Position numbers and translations under genes: made by a program. Below the pieces are notes generated by a model, which searched no databases, had not been told where the DNA came from, and saw nothing but the letters and a program-made list of their open reading frames with translations. A DNA stretch of 64,000 nucleotides from Minisyncoccia bacterium (lineage in GTDB: Bacteria; Patescibacteriota; Minisyncoccia; Phycocordibacterales; UBA5272), in contig JBDHUS010000001.1 of assembly GCA_039809325.1 (NCBI GenBank), positions 391-64,390 of the forward strand, read 5' to 3'. The stretch's first letter is position 1. Each line of letters opens with the position of its first letter. This document shows, in pieces, positions 19,071 through 28,353 of the stretch.

Positions 19071-19120
19071 TAGAGAGAAGTGGAGAGAGTGGGTGGGGTG
19101 GGGAAAAGTGGAGGGAAAAA
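19071..19120 (+). promoter_or_regulatory. polypurine / G-run tract (GGGTGGGGTGGGG...GGAGGG) in a divergent intergenic region
   Basis: Seen directly in the sequence. It lies between the ATG at 19030 (-) and the ATG at 19139 (+). Confidence 0.5.
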
Positions 19121-19138
19121 GTACTATATTATTAAAAA

Positions 19139-19633
19139 ATGTTAAAATTAAATATAATGAAAACTAGTATATATATTGATGGAAATAACCTATACCGCTC
19201 TGCAAAAGAACTTGATTTTGAAATTGATTATAAAAAGTTCCGTGTCTGGATTACTCAAAAATACAATACTAAAAATATATTTTTATTTATAGGATTTTTA
19301 GAAGATAGAAAAGATTTTTATAAATATTTAGAAGATTGTGGATTTAATTTAATATTTAAGGAAGCAGTATTACACGAAGGAAATATCAAAGGTAATTGTG
19401 ATGCGGAATTAGTATTAAAATCAGTTGATGATTTTCATCTTAAAAATTTTGATAAATTTATCTTAATTTCTAACGATGGTGACTTTGGATGTTTGGTTGA
19501 ATTTTTAATAAAAAGAGATAGCTTTGATACTATCATATCCCCTGATAGAAAAAAGTGTTCTATTTTACTTAGAAACAAAACTAATAAGATTTTGTATTTA
19601 AATGAAGTTTATAAAAAATTCTCTAAAAAATAG
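19139..19633 (+). CDS. NYN-domain (LabA-like) putative ribonuclease
   Basis: Motifs IYIDGNNLY, GNCDAEL and ISNDGDFGCL match the NYN/PIN-like nuclease pattern. Confidence 0.6.
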   Translation: MLKLNIMKTSIYIDGNNLYRSAKELDFEIDYKKFRVWITQKYNTKNIFLFIGFLEDRKDFYKYLEDCGFNLIFKEAVLHEGNIKGNCDAELVLKSVDDFHLKNFDKFILISNDGDFGCLVEFLIKRDSFDTIISPDRKKCSILLRNKTNKILYLNEVYKKFSKK

Positions 19634-19655
19634 ATAATTATATGAAAAGAAAAAA

Positions 19656-19702
19656 CTCCCGATATGGACGCATCCATATAGGGATTTTTTTCATAGTGAT
19701 GT
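19656..19702 (+). terminator. rho-independent terminator after the NYN gene
   Basis: Hairpin CCCGATATGGA-CGCA-TCCATATAGGG followed by T7. Confidence 0.55.
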
Positions 19703-19752
19703 TATTAGTATATACCTAATAGGAAAACAATGCAAGAACAGACTTAACGAAT

Positions 19753-20085
19753 CTATCTATCACTACTTGTAGAAGTTGTTGCGTTATTAAAGACTCCTGA
19801 TAAAGAAGACTTTATGCTAGAAAATTGATTTCCTGTTTCTTTAAAAAAATTAATAAAAGAAGTCATTGGTGATTCCAGTTTTTCTTCTTCATTTTTATTT
19901 TCAACTTTTATTTCTTCTACTACAGCTTCTTTGTTGTGACCAATATTTAATAATCTATCTTTAAAAATAAAAAATAAAAATATTAAAACAATAGCAGATA
20001 ATATTATAGCAATAATGAGAGCAGATCTATGTTTAGTCTTTTCATCACTTGCTCTTAATTTATTAAGATAATTTATTATAGACAT
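19753..20085 (-). CDS. hypothetical single-pass membrane protein
   Basis: 110 aa with one TM helix (LIIAIILSAIVLIFLFFIF). Confidence 0.3.
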   Translation of the reverse strand: MSIINYLNKLRASDEKTKHRSALIIAIILSAIVLIFLFFIFKDRLLNIGHNKEAVVEEIKVENKNEEEKLESPMTSFINFFKETGNQFSSIKSSLSGVFNNATTSTSSDR

Positions 20086-20112
20086 AATTTATAAAAATTA
20101 TACCATAAGAAA

Positions 20113-20170
20113 ATAAGAAGCTGGGTTTTTGTAGCTGCTTTGCAATGCTACAAAAACCCAGCTTCTTATT
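20113..20170 (-). terminator. 21-bp perfect inverted repeat (terminator-like) downstream of the 20182 gene
   Basis: AAGAAGCTGGGTTTTTGTAGC ... GCTACAAAAACCCAGCTTCTT. Confidence 0.5.
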
Positions 20171-20181
20171 TAACTTAAAAA

Positions 20182-20823
20182 TTAAATCTTAAATAATATA
20201 ACTTCTCCTTGTTTTCCATCTAAATCTTTTCTTTTAATAGTTAATTTTTCTAATTTTTCAACCTTTTCTTTTCCAGCTTCTTTTAAAAACATCTTTAAAG
20301 AAGCATCATCATAGTCCATCGGTATAACGATACTAGGCTCTAATTTTGTAGCGAGCTTATTCGCATCATATGCATTTAACATTTCTTCATTACTAGAAGC
20401 TGGTATAAACAAAATATCTATATCATCTATCACTTCTCTTTGTTCAGGAGAAAGATCTTCTTTTAAAGCTCCAAGAAAACACATTTTAATATTATCTACA
20501 GTAAAGACATAACTAGTATTTTGTAATTTTATTTTTTCTTTTGATTTTGAATTTACTGATAAATCTACGAAAGTACCGAATCCTTTTATAAAAATATCTT
20601 TTACTTCATATTCTCCAGGACCAGAAATTACAAATGGTTGTCTATCACCATAATTCATTATATCTCCCCCGTTATAATCTGGATGATTTGTAGTTTCTAG
20701 AACAATATCTGCACCATACTTGTTTACATCTTCTTTACTATCTTTAGATACAGGGTTAATAGCTAAGGTCAAATCTCCAAGCTGAATTTTAAAATGTTGT
20801 TTATTAAAATGGGTAATAATCAT
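20182..20823 (-). CDS. MBL-fold (Lactamase_B_3-like) protein with a degenerate metal-binding motif
   Basis: 213 aa. DIVLETTNHPDY resembles the D-x-x-L-x-T-H-x-H-x-D-H region but lacks the His residues. Confidence 0.35.
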   Translation of the reverse strand: MIITHFNKQHFKIQLGDLTLAINPVSKDSKEDVNKYGADIVLETTNHPDYNGGDIMNYGDRQPFVISGPGEYEVKDIFIKGFGTFVDLSVNSKSKEKIKLQNTSYVFTVDNIKMCFLGALKEDLSPEQREVIDDIDILFIPASSNEEMLNAYDANKLATKLEPSIVIPMDYDDASLKMFLKEAGKEKVEKLEKLTIKRKDLDGKQGEVILFKI

Positions 20824-21140
20824 AAAAGTTTTTCTTTTAAATTAAATATATTCTAACATTTTTGAAATTAGTTTAACACTTTACTTTTTTAAGTAATGTG
20901 ATAAACTAAATTTGTTGTTCATTAAATTCTTTAATTTTTAAATTTATTGCCATGCCTAATGATTTACTTCTCCCGAAAGGGAGAAAAACAAATGAAAAGA
21001 AATGCTCTTATACAGTTGGTACATATAGTTGTATAAATTGTGTAACTGGCGGAAAATGTCCAAGTAATTTTAAAACCATCGAAAAAATCGGAAAGATCGA
21101 AAGAGGTTTAGAATATTGCTTCGGACGGCAGTAAAAAACA

Positions 21141-21165
21141 AAACCCGAGTAATCGGGTTTTAATT
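21141..21165. terminator. bidirectional terminator downstream of ftsH
   Basis: AAACCCGAGTAATCGGGTTT hairpin with T-runs on both strands. Confidence 0.5.
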
Positions 21166-23139
21166 TTATTTCTTCACTTCTATTCCATGCAATACTAATA
21201 TCTTTTCAAATTCTTCTCTTTCAATATTTTCTTTTTCTATTAATTCTTTTGTTATGTAATCAAGCACACTTCTTTTTTCTCGGACAATTCTCTTTGCTGT
21301 CTCAAGCCCCTCTTCACATATTTTCTTAATTTCACTATCTACTTTGTCAGCAAGATTTTCTCCAATTATATTTTTTGAGTCTGACAAATTTCCGTACACA
21401 ATTTTCTTCTCATCATTCTCAATTGCAAATGGTCCAACCTCTTCACTCATTCCATATTTCATCACCATATCGCGTGCAAGAGCTGAGATCATTTGAAGAT
21501 CGCCTGATGGTCCAGTAGAAACATCACCATATATTTCTACTTCTGCTGCATAGCCACCATATGCCACAGCTATATCATCAATAAAATTTTTACGAGTTAA
21601 AAGTCTTTTATCATCTAGTGGTAGCTTTAATGTATATCCTCCAGCACTACCACGGGAAATAATAGAAATTTTATGTACCGGATCAGCATTTGGTAAAAGT
21701 GAAGCAACTAGAGCATGCCCTGCTTCATGATAAGCTGTTTTTTCTTTTTCTTTTTCTGAAAGTAGATGCGTCTTTCTTTCTGGGCCAAGCATAACTTTTT
21801 CAATACTTCTTATTAAGTCATATTGAGATATTTGATTTCTCTCTTCTCTGGCTGCAAGTATTGCTCCTTCATTCATAACAGATGCTAGGTCTGCTCCAGA
21901 AAATCCAGGAGTTCTCTCTGCAATCACTTTAAGATTTACATCTTCTGCTAATGGTTTTTCTTTTTTATGTACTATTAAAATTTCTTCCCGACTTTCTCTG
22001 TCTGGTAAATCTATTATTACTCTTCTATCAAATCTCCCTGGGCGAAGAAGCGCTCTATCTAGAACATCTGGTCTATTTGTAGCTGCTATTACAATTAACT
22101 TTTCATTTGGTTCAAATCCGTCCATCTCTACAAGTATTTGATTTAATGTCTGTTCTCTTTCATCATTTCCTCCACCAAGCCCTACTCCTCTCGCCCTTCC
22201 AACCGCATCTATTTCATCTATAAAAATAATAGCTGGAGAATTTTGCTTTGCTTCTTTAAAAAGGTCACGCACACGACTTGCTCCCACTCCGACAAACATT
22301 TCTACAAATTCACTTCCTGACAAATGATAAAATGGAACTTTTGCTTCACCTGCTACCGCTCTTGCAAGTAATGTCTTTCCTGTTCCTGGAGCTCCCATAA
22401 GTAATACCCCTTTCGGAGTTTTGGCTCCTATCTCAATAAATTTTTTAGGATTTTTTAGAAAGTCTACAACTTCTTCTAATTCTTGTTTTGCTTCTTTTGC
22501 TCCAGCTACATCTTTAAAAGTTATTTTTTTACTAGCATCATTTGGATCTATTAGCTTTGCTCTTGTCTGTCCAAAAGAAAGTGCTTGCATATTTGCTCCT
22601 TTTACTCCACGAAGTAATGACCAAATTAAAATTATTAAAAATATAATAGGTAAAAATATTGGTAATAAAGTAGTCCAAAAATTAAAACCTCCATCTTCTT
22701 TTACTTTTATGTTTAAAGAATTAAGTGTATTTGTTGGCACCTCATAACTTTTTAAAATATTTAAAAATGTTTCTCCATTCTCTTTTTCTGCAACAAGTAA
22801 AGTATCTGTCCCAGATTCAAGATAAATTTTATTTCCTTCTATTAAAATATTTTTAAGTGTAGAAGTTGAAGTTGTAGCATTTGTAGAACTTGCATTTGTA
22901 CTTGTGGCTATGATTGTACTTTCATTTATATTTTTAATAATCTCATTCATTGAGACTTTTTCTTCTTTTCTCTCATCTTTATTTATAAAAAGATTTGATA
23001 TTAAAGAAAAAGTAAAAACTATTAATATTACAAAAATAACAGCATTAAAAAGCCAAGCAAATAAATTTTTTGGTTTTTTATTTTTTTTATTTTTATTATT
23101 TAATGGCGATTTTACTCTTTTAATTTTTATTTTTAACAT
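21166..23139 (-). CDS. ftsH: ATP-dependent zinc metalloprotease FtsH
   Basis: Walker A GAPGTGKT, the AAA second region of homology and HEAGHALV; N-terminal TM segments. Confidence 0.95.
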   Translation of the reverse strand: MLKIKIKRVKSPLNNKNKKNKKPKNLFAWLFNAVIFVILIVFTFSLISNLFINKDERKEEKVSMNEIIKNINESTIIATSTNASSTNATTSTSTLKNILIEGNKIYLESGTDTLLVAEKENGETFLNILKSYEVPTNTLNSLNIKVKEDGGFNFWTTLLPIFLPIIFLIILIWSLLRGVKGANMQALSFGQTRAKLIDPNDASKKITFKDVAGAKEAKQELEEVVDFLKNPKKFIEIGAKTPKGVLLMGAPGTGKTLLARAVAGEAKVPFYHLSGSEFVEMFVGVGASRVRDLFKEAKQNSPAIIFIDEIDAVGRARGVGLGGGNDEREQTLNQILVEMDGFEPNEKLIVIAATNRPDVLDRALLRPGRFDRRVIIDLPDRESREEILIVHKKEKPLAEDVNLKVIAERTPGFSGADLASVMNEGAILAAREERNQISQYDLIRSIEKVMLGPERKTHLLSEKEKEKTAYHEAGHALVASLLPNADPVHKISIISRGSAGGYTLKLPLDDKRLLTRKNFIDDIAVAYGGYAAEVEIYGDVSTGPSGDLQMISALARDMVMKYGMSEEVGPFAIENDEKKIVYGNLSDSKNIIGENLADKVDSEIKKICEEGLETAKRIVREKRSVLDYITKELIEKENIEREEFEKILVLHGIEVKK

Positions 23140-23212
23140 AGATTAGTATCTGTATAAAGATAAGGAAATATTAACATAATTATGTTAAAATGTGAAAAAT
23201 AAATAAAATAAA

Positions 23213-23656
23213 ATGTCTCTTATAGAAAATAAAAAATTACATCTAGATTATGAAATAAAAGAAAGATTTGAAGCTGGAATTGAGCTTCTTGGAAATGAGG
23301 TAAAAGCAATCAGAAATAATAAAGCACAAATCACAGGAGCAAAAATTATAATTCGTGGCGGCGAAGCTTTTATTGTTGGAATGAATGTTTCCCCTTATCA
23401 AGCAAATAGTAAAGAATACAAATCTAAAAATACAGATAAAAATGATAGGACAAGAAAATTACTTATGAAAAAATCGGAAATTTTAAAACTTACTACTGAA
23501 TCTGAAAAAGGATTATCTATACTCCCTATTAAAATTTACGATTCTCACGGACTTTTAAAATTAGAAATTGGATTAACTAAGAGGAAAAATAAAGTAGACA
23601 AAAGAGAAACCATAAAATTAAAAGATTTTAAGAGAGAGGAGAAGAGATTTATATAA
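23213..23656 (+). CDS. smpB: SsrA-binding protein
   Basis: 147 aa with LDYEIKERFEAGIELLGNEVKAIR...GGEAFIVGMNVSPYQ. Confidence 0.9.
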   Translation: MSLIENKKLHLDYEIKERFEAGIELLGNEVKAIRNNKAQITGAKIIIRGGEAFIVGMNVSPYQANSKEYKSKNTDKNDRTRKLLMKKSEILKLTTESEKGLSILPIKIYDSHGLLKLEIGLTKRKNKVDKRETIKLKDFKREEKRFI

Positions 23657-23661
23657 AAAAT

Positions 23662-23698
23662 ACAGGGCGGCGCCTTCAACACCGCCCTGTATTTTTTA
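23662..23698 (+). terminator. GC-rich hairpin terminator (CAGGGCGGCGCC...CCGCCCTG + T-run)
   Basis: Seen directly in the sequence; it sits between convergent smpB and the helicase gene. Confidence 0.6.
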
Positions 23699-23703
23699 TA
23701 TTT

Positions 23704-25077
23704 TTATTCCACAAAAGTAAATGCTTTTCCTAATTTTCCACCCCTCCCTGTTCTCCCAATCCTATGAATATAATCTTCATAAGTAGAAGGTAAATCATAA
23801 TTTATAACATGAGAAACATTTGGTACATCAAGTCCTCTTGCTGCCACATCTGTCGCAATAAGAATCTTTGCTTTATTGTCTTTAAAACTTTTTAAAGCAA
23901 AATTTCTCTCTCTTGGTCTTTTATCTCCATGAATAGCAATAGCATTATGTCCAAGAATTTTTAAATGTTTTTCTATTCTATCAACTCCTATCTTAGTCTC
24001 TCCAAAGATAATAACTTTTTCAAAATCATCACCCAAAAGTAAATCATGAAGTATATTTATTTTATTTTTTCCATTTAGATAAACCACATCTTGCTCTATT
24101 GTCGCTGCTGTATCTCTTGTCTTCACTTCTACAAATACTGGATTTACAAGAAATTCTTTTATTATTTTATTAACACTAGGATTAGTTGTAGCTGAAAAGA
24201 ATAATGTCTGATGAGGCTTTGACATTTCATTCATTAGGAATTTCATATCATCCACAAATCCCATATCTAGCATTCTATCTGACTCATCAAGTACTATAGT
24301 TTTAAATTCTTTTATATTTAAAACCCCTCTATTTATTAGATCTTTTAACCTCCCAGGAGTACCTATTACAAAATTATGCTCATATTTAAAATCTTTTATT
24401 TGATTATAAATTGGCATACCGCCAACAGCAGAAATACTCCAAAGTTTTAATCCTTTTGTAAACTTTTTAAATTCATTATCAATTTGAACTGCCAGCTCTC
24501 TTGTTGGCGCGAGTATTATGACCATTTCTTTTTTATTTTTTAAAACTTTGTCTATAAGAGGCAGTAAAAATGCTGCTGTCTTTCCAGTACCAGTATTTGC
24601 AATACCAACCATATCTCGTCCATCTAAAATATTATTTATAGATTTATCTTGTATAAGAGTAGGTGTGGTATAGCCACTTTCTAAAATATTTTTCTTTAAT
24701 CTTTCATCAATTTTTAAATTTTCAAAAGTATTTTCTGGAATATATACTTCCTCTACTTCTTTAATTTCTTTTGCATTTGATTTGTTGATAAATTTTGTGA
24801 TGTCATTAAAAACAGACCTTTTCTTTCCACCTCTTCTTCCAGCAAACCTATTTCTTCCTCCGATTCTACTTCCTCCACCAAAATTATTTCTTGAGCAATA
24901 TCTTGAAAAATTTCTTTCTCTTTTTCCTTCTTTATTATTATCTGTTTTTTTTCCACCATTATTTTTAAAATTATTTTTAGAAGAAAAATTATTTTTTCTT
25001 TCAGCGCTACCTCCTCTACGCACACTATTATTAGATGATCTTGAATGATCATTTCTATTATTTGATTTTTTTAACAT
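23704..25077 (-). CDS. DEAD-box ATP-dependent RNA helicase with an N-terminal RGG/Asn-rich tail
   Basis: Q-motif, GTGKT, DESD (DEAD variant) and ILIATDVAARGLD; about 100 aa of N-terminal R/G/N-rich low complexity. Confidence 0.85.
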   Translation of the reverse strand: MLKKSNNRNDHSRSSNNSVRRGGSAERKNNFSSKNNFKNNGGKKTDNNKEGKRERNFSRYCSRNNFGGGSRIGGRNRFAGRRGGKKRSVFNDITKFINKSNAKEIKEVEEVYIPENTFENLKIDERLKKNILESGYTTPTLIQDKSINNILDGRDMVGIANTGTGKTAAFLLPLIDKVLKNKKEMVIILAPTRELAVQIDNEFKKFTKGLKLWSISAVGGMPIYNQIKDFKYEHNFVIGTPGRLKDLINRGVLNIKEFKTIVLDESDRMLDMGFVDDMKFLMNEMSKPHQTLFFSATTNPSVNKIIKEFLVNPVFVEVKTRDTAATIEQDVVYLNGKNKINILHDLLLGDDFEKVIIFGETKIGVDRIEKHLKILGHNAIAIHGDKRPRERNFALKSFKDNKAKILIATDVAARGLDVPNVSHVINYDLPSTYEDYIHRIGRTGRGGKLGKAFTFVE

Positions 25078-25275
25078 ATTTATTTGAAGTCCTATTATTT
25101 CTAAATCTAAGCCGGACTTCTGATCTCCTACTTTCTATTTAGATCATAAATAAATTATGTTTTTAGTTTCTGTATTATCAGGAAACTCAGAATAAAGAGA
25201 TTAACTTATAAATTCATTATAATATAATTTATACCCCTTGTCAAATAATATTATTTACACATTTCTTAATCTACT

Positions 25276-25307
25276 ATTGACTATGTTAAGAATAGTGTGC
25301 TATAATA
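25276..25307 (+). promoter_or_regulatory. sigma70-like promoter (TTGACT-18-TATAAT) for ssrA
   Basis: TATAAT at 25302-25307 lies 7 nt upstream of the GGGAGTG 5' end. Confidence 0.5.
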
Positions 25308-25314
25308 AATATAT

Positions 25315-25701
25315 GGGAGTGTCAGGATTCGACACATAATTCTTTGTAAATGTGGTTTCCGATAATGAAAATATATCGTTAAATCTTTTCAAAATATGTT
25401 GCAAACAAAACTGCAAAAGCTGTGCCTTCTCCTTTCGGATGGGCATTCGCTCCGGTAGCCGCTTAATTAAGCCGCTTTGGTGCTGACCTTTATTTACATA
25501 TCGTAAAGAGCTCGGCAATATAAAGAATATGTGTAGAAAATTTTAAGTTAGCTTTCTCTAAAATTTTTGAAAAATAAAAAGCTAAGCGGAGCTATTTTGT
25601 TTATTTAATAAGCTTCGACGAAAATCAATAAATAAACTATGAAACTAGACTCATTTATAAAAATTATCTGCACGGGGGTTCAACTCCCCCCACTTCCACA
25701 A
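25315..25701 (+). ncRNA. ssrA: tmRNA (SsrA); CCA not encoded
   Basis: - The 5' end GGGAGTGTCAGGATTCGACAC resembles GGGGCUGAUUCUGGAUUCGAC.
- The 3' end CGGGGGTTCAACTCCCCCCACTTCCAC-A forms a T-arm plus an acceptor strand that pairs with the 5' GGGAGUG.
- The tag ORF ends ...GWAFAPVAA-TAA (25464-25466) followed by TTAA. Confidence 0.7.
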
Positions 25702-25852
25702 AAATAATGGAGAAAAAGCAATGCTTTTTTGTAGTATATTTTTTGAGATGTGGAGGAAGTTGAACTGAGTCGCCTGCGAAGCCACGAGCAAAACGAGTGA
25801 GGCGGCGAAGCGGGGTCGAGAAACAAGGAGCAAAGCGACTATGTTTGGTGAC

Positions 25853-25876
25853 CAACTCCCCCCACTTCCACAAAAA
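25853..25876 (+). repeat. exact 24-nt direct repeat of the ssrA 3' end (CAACTCCCCCCACTTCCACAAAAA); att-like
   Basis: Identical to 25681-25704 and 172 bp downstream. The intervening segment is GC-rich with partial inverted similarity. Confidence 0.7.
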
Positions 25877-25922
25877 ATATAATATGCTATAATATTATTA
25901 TAATTTATAAAATATAGACACA

Positions 25923-26210
25923 ATGAATAATACAATAAATACAACAGCTTTAACTTCTGATATAAATAATTTTATTTATGCATCTGGAATAAGTTTAATT
26001 ATTCTTGTTTTAGTTATTATTTTAATCTGGAGCTCGATATGGAAAGGTATTGCTTTATGGAAGGCTGCAAAAAATGGTTCAAAATTTTGGTTTATACTTT
26101 TATTTATAATCAACACACTTGGCATTCTTGAAATACTCTATATATATGTTTTTTCTAAAAAAACTAAATTAAAAAATAAGAATAACGCTACAGCTCTTAA
26201 TCATAATTAA
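25923..26210 (+). CDS. hypothetical two-TM membrane protein
   Basis: 95 aa with two hydrophobic helices. Confidence 0.3.
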   Translation: MNNTINTTALTSDINNFIYASGISLIILVLVIILIWSSIWKGIALWKAAKNGSKFWFILLFIINTLGILEILYIYVFSKKTKLKNKNNATALNHN

Positions 26211-26220
26211 TAAAAACCAA

Positions 26221-26778
26221 ATGAATAAACCTACTTTTAGTTCTAAAAATTTTCAAAAGAAAAATTTAAATAAAGCGAGTATTAATAATCAAATACGCGC
26301 TCTTGAGATGCGCGTTATAGACGAAAAGGGTAAAAATCTTGGAGTAATAAGTAAAGAGGAGGCTCTTTCTCTTGCCAAAAATGCTGGATTAGACTTGATA
26401 GAAATTTCTTCGAGTGTAAATCCACCTATTTGCAAAATAGCAGATTATGGTAAACATACATATGACATGAGTAAAAAGAAAAAAGAAGTAAAAAGTAAAC
26501 AAATAATAAGTGAAACAAAAAATATACAAATTAGCGTAGAGATTAGTGATAATGATATTTTAATAAAAAGTAAAAGAGCTGCCGAATGGCTTAAAGAAGG
26601 TCATAGGGTAAAGATAGATTTACAATTAAAAGGTAGAACAAAATATATGGAAGATACTTTTCTAAGATCAAGAATGGATAGAATTCTAGCTATAATCCCT
26701 TGTGAGTATAAAGTAGCTGAACCGGTTAAAAAAGTAGGCAATAAATCATTTATCACAATACTTGAAAAAGTTAAATAA
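26221..26778 (+). CDS. infC: translation initiation factor IF-3
   Basis: IF3_N/IF3_C pattern (RVIDEKGKNLGVISKEEALSLAKNAGLDLIEIS...PPICKIADYGK); infC-rpmI-rplT operon. Confidence 0.9.
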   Translation: MNKPTFSSKNFQKKNLNKASINNQIRALEMRVIDEKGKNLGVISKEEALSLAKNAGLDLIEISSSVNPPICKIADYGKHTYDMSKKKKEVKSKQIISETKNIQISVEISDNDILIKSKRAAEWLKEGHRVKIDLQLKGRTKYMEDTFLRSRMDRILAIIPCEYKVAEPVKKVGNKSFITILEKVK

Positions 26779-26844
26779 TTATGCTATTATTCTAAAACTA
26801 GCTTAATAAAAATTAATTCTTTAATTTTTATTTGGTATAAATTT

Positions 26845-27036
26845 ATGAAAACGAACAAATCTTTAACAAAAAGATTAAAAATCACAAAAACTGGAAAGAT
26901 TTTAAAGAGAAAATCTGGTTTTAATCATTTTAATTCAAGACAAAGTAGAATAAAACAATTAGCTGGTAAAAAAATGTCAGAATTTATAATGACAAATAAA
27001 GCAAAAAGAAGATTCCTACCAGGACTCGTTAAATAA
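26845..27036 (+). CDS. rpmI: 50S ribosomal protein L35
   Basis: 63 aa, Lys/Arg-rich (MKTNKSLTKRLKITKTGKILKRKSG) in the conserved operon position. Confidence 0.85.
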   Translation: MKTNKSLTKRLKITKTGKILKRKSGFNHFNSRQSRIKQLAGKKMSEFIMTNKAKRRFLPGLVK

Positions 27037-27058
27037 TTTTTAATTTAATAATAAATAT

Positions 27059-27403
27059 ATGGCAAGAGTAAAAAGAAGCAAAATAGCAATGAAGCGTAGA
27101 AGAAATCTACTTAAAAGAGCTAAAGGATATCAATTTGGAAGAAGTAAAAAAGAAGTTGAAGCGAAAGTAGCACTGCGAAAAGCTGGAGCGCATGCATTCG
27201 CTCATAGAAAAGATAAGAAAAATGATATGAGAAAGCTTTGGAATGTAAAAATGAATGCAGCTTTAAGAGAACTTGGTACTACATATAGCAAATTTATCAA
27301 TGCTTTAAAGAAAAAAAATATAGAACTAGATAGAAAAATAATGGCAGATCTAGCAGAAAATCATCCAAATGTATTTAATAAAGTAGTTGAAGCCACAAAG
27401 TAA
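27059..27403 (+). CDS. rplT: 50S ribosomal protein L20
   Basis: Starts MARVKRSKIAMKRRRNLLKRAKGY, a typical bL20 N-terminus. Confidence 0.9.
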   Translation: MARVKRSKIAMKRRRNLLKRAKGYQFGRSKKEVEAKVALRKAGAHAFAHRKDKKNDMRKLWNVKMNAALRELGTTYSKFINALKKKNIELDRKIMADLAENHPNVFNKVVEATK

Positions 27404-27416
27404 AAAATAGTTTAAA

Positions 27417-27456
27417 TAAATCAAACCTCGCGAATGCGAGGTTTGATTTATTTTTT
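27417..27456 (+). terminator. rho-independent terminator after rplT
   Basis: AATCAAACCTCGC-GAAT-GCGAGGTTTGATT followed by T6. Confidence 0.65.
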
Positions 27457-27472
27457 AAATAGAATTTTGAAA

Positions 27473-28195
27473 TTAATTAAGAATTCTCGATATCTTTTCT
27501 CCTATCTCATTTTGTTTCTTTCTTAAATTTTGAACTTCCAAATAAGATAAAATCTTTCCTGAAAAATCCTCATTACGAATTTCTTTAAGAAAATTTATAT
27601 ACTTTAAAGCGTTTTCATAATTAACTCCTCCGTTTTCACCAGTGAATTTATTTAAATCCTGAAGAAAACTCTCGATATAACCTCTATCATTTGGCCTATT
27701 AGATAAATACTGCTTTTTCTCTTCTTCTGAAAAAGTCGCTAGAATTTCTCTAGGCTCCTCCATTATCTTATTACCAAGCTTACCGTACTCTTCTCTCAAG
27801 GATTCAAGATCTTCCAAATTTTCTTCTATTTCCTCATTATTAACTTCTTGATTATCTTTTTTTTCTACCTTCAGATCTTCTTCCGTAGAAGAGTATGGTA
27901 CATCATATTTTTCTGCCATTTTTGCCATATAAGCTTCTTTTTCTGCTTCTAATTTTTCTTTTTCGGCTTGTTCATTTTCTAATCTATGATTTTCATTTAT
28001 TGATTCATTTCTATTATTAACTAATTCTTCTTTTGCATCTTGATATCTTTCTGTACCTTTTTCTTTATTTAAAATATCTTGTGCAAAATCTTTTATTCTC
28101 CCACCTTGACTTCTCATATCTTTTAAATCTTTTGCGAGACTATCTCTATATTCTTGATTATCTTTATTTATTTTTGAGGCTCCTCCTAATGACAT
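27473..28195 (-). CDS. hypothetical highly charged coiled-coil protein
   Basis: 240 aa, E/K-rich; no recognisable motif. Confidence 0.3.
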   Translation of the reverse strand: MSLGGASKINKDNQEYRDSLAKDLKDMRSQGGRIKDFAQDILNKEKGTERYQDAKEELVNNRNESINENHRLENEQAEKEKLEAEKEAYMAKMAEKYDVPYSSTEEDLKVEKKDNQEVNNEEIEENLEDLESLREEYGKLGNKIMEEPREILATFSEEEKKQYLSNRPNDRGYIESFLQDLNKFTGENGGVNYENALKYINFLKEIRNEDFSGKILSYLEVQNLRKKQNEIGEKISRILN

Positions 28196-28353
28196 ATATT
28201 TATTATATTATTTATATTATTATTTTTAATTCTTTCTTTAAGAATACTATAATCAAAAAAAAGAAAATTTGACAAAGGATATTTTCTGTGATCGGATTAT
28301 AATATATAAAAAAAATATCTCATACCTTTAACACAAAATATTCTTTTTTAATA

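Noticed and set aside
25651-25944. Two minus-strand ORFs (97 and 69 aa) overlapping the tmRNA 3' region
   Set aside because: They overlap the ssrA tRNA-like domain and its duplicated 3' end. Their reading frames run through GC-rich structured RNA and contain no recognisable motifs, so they are treated as spurious.
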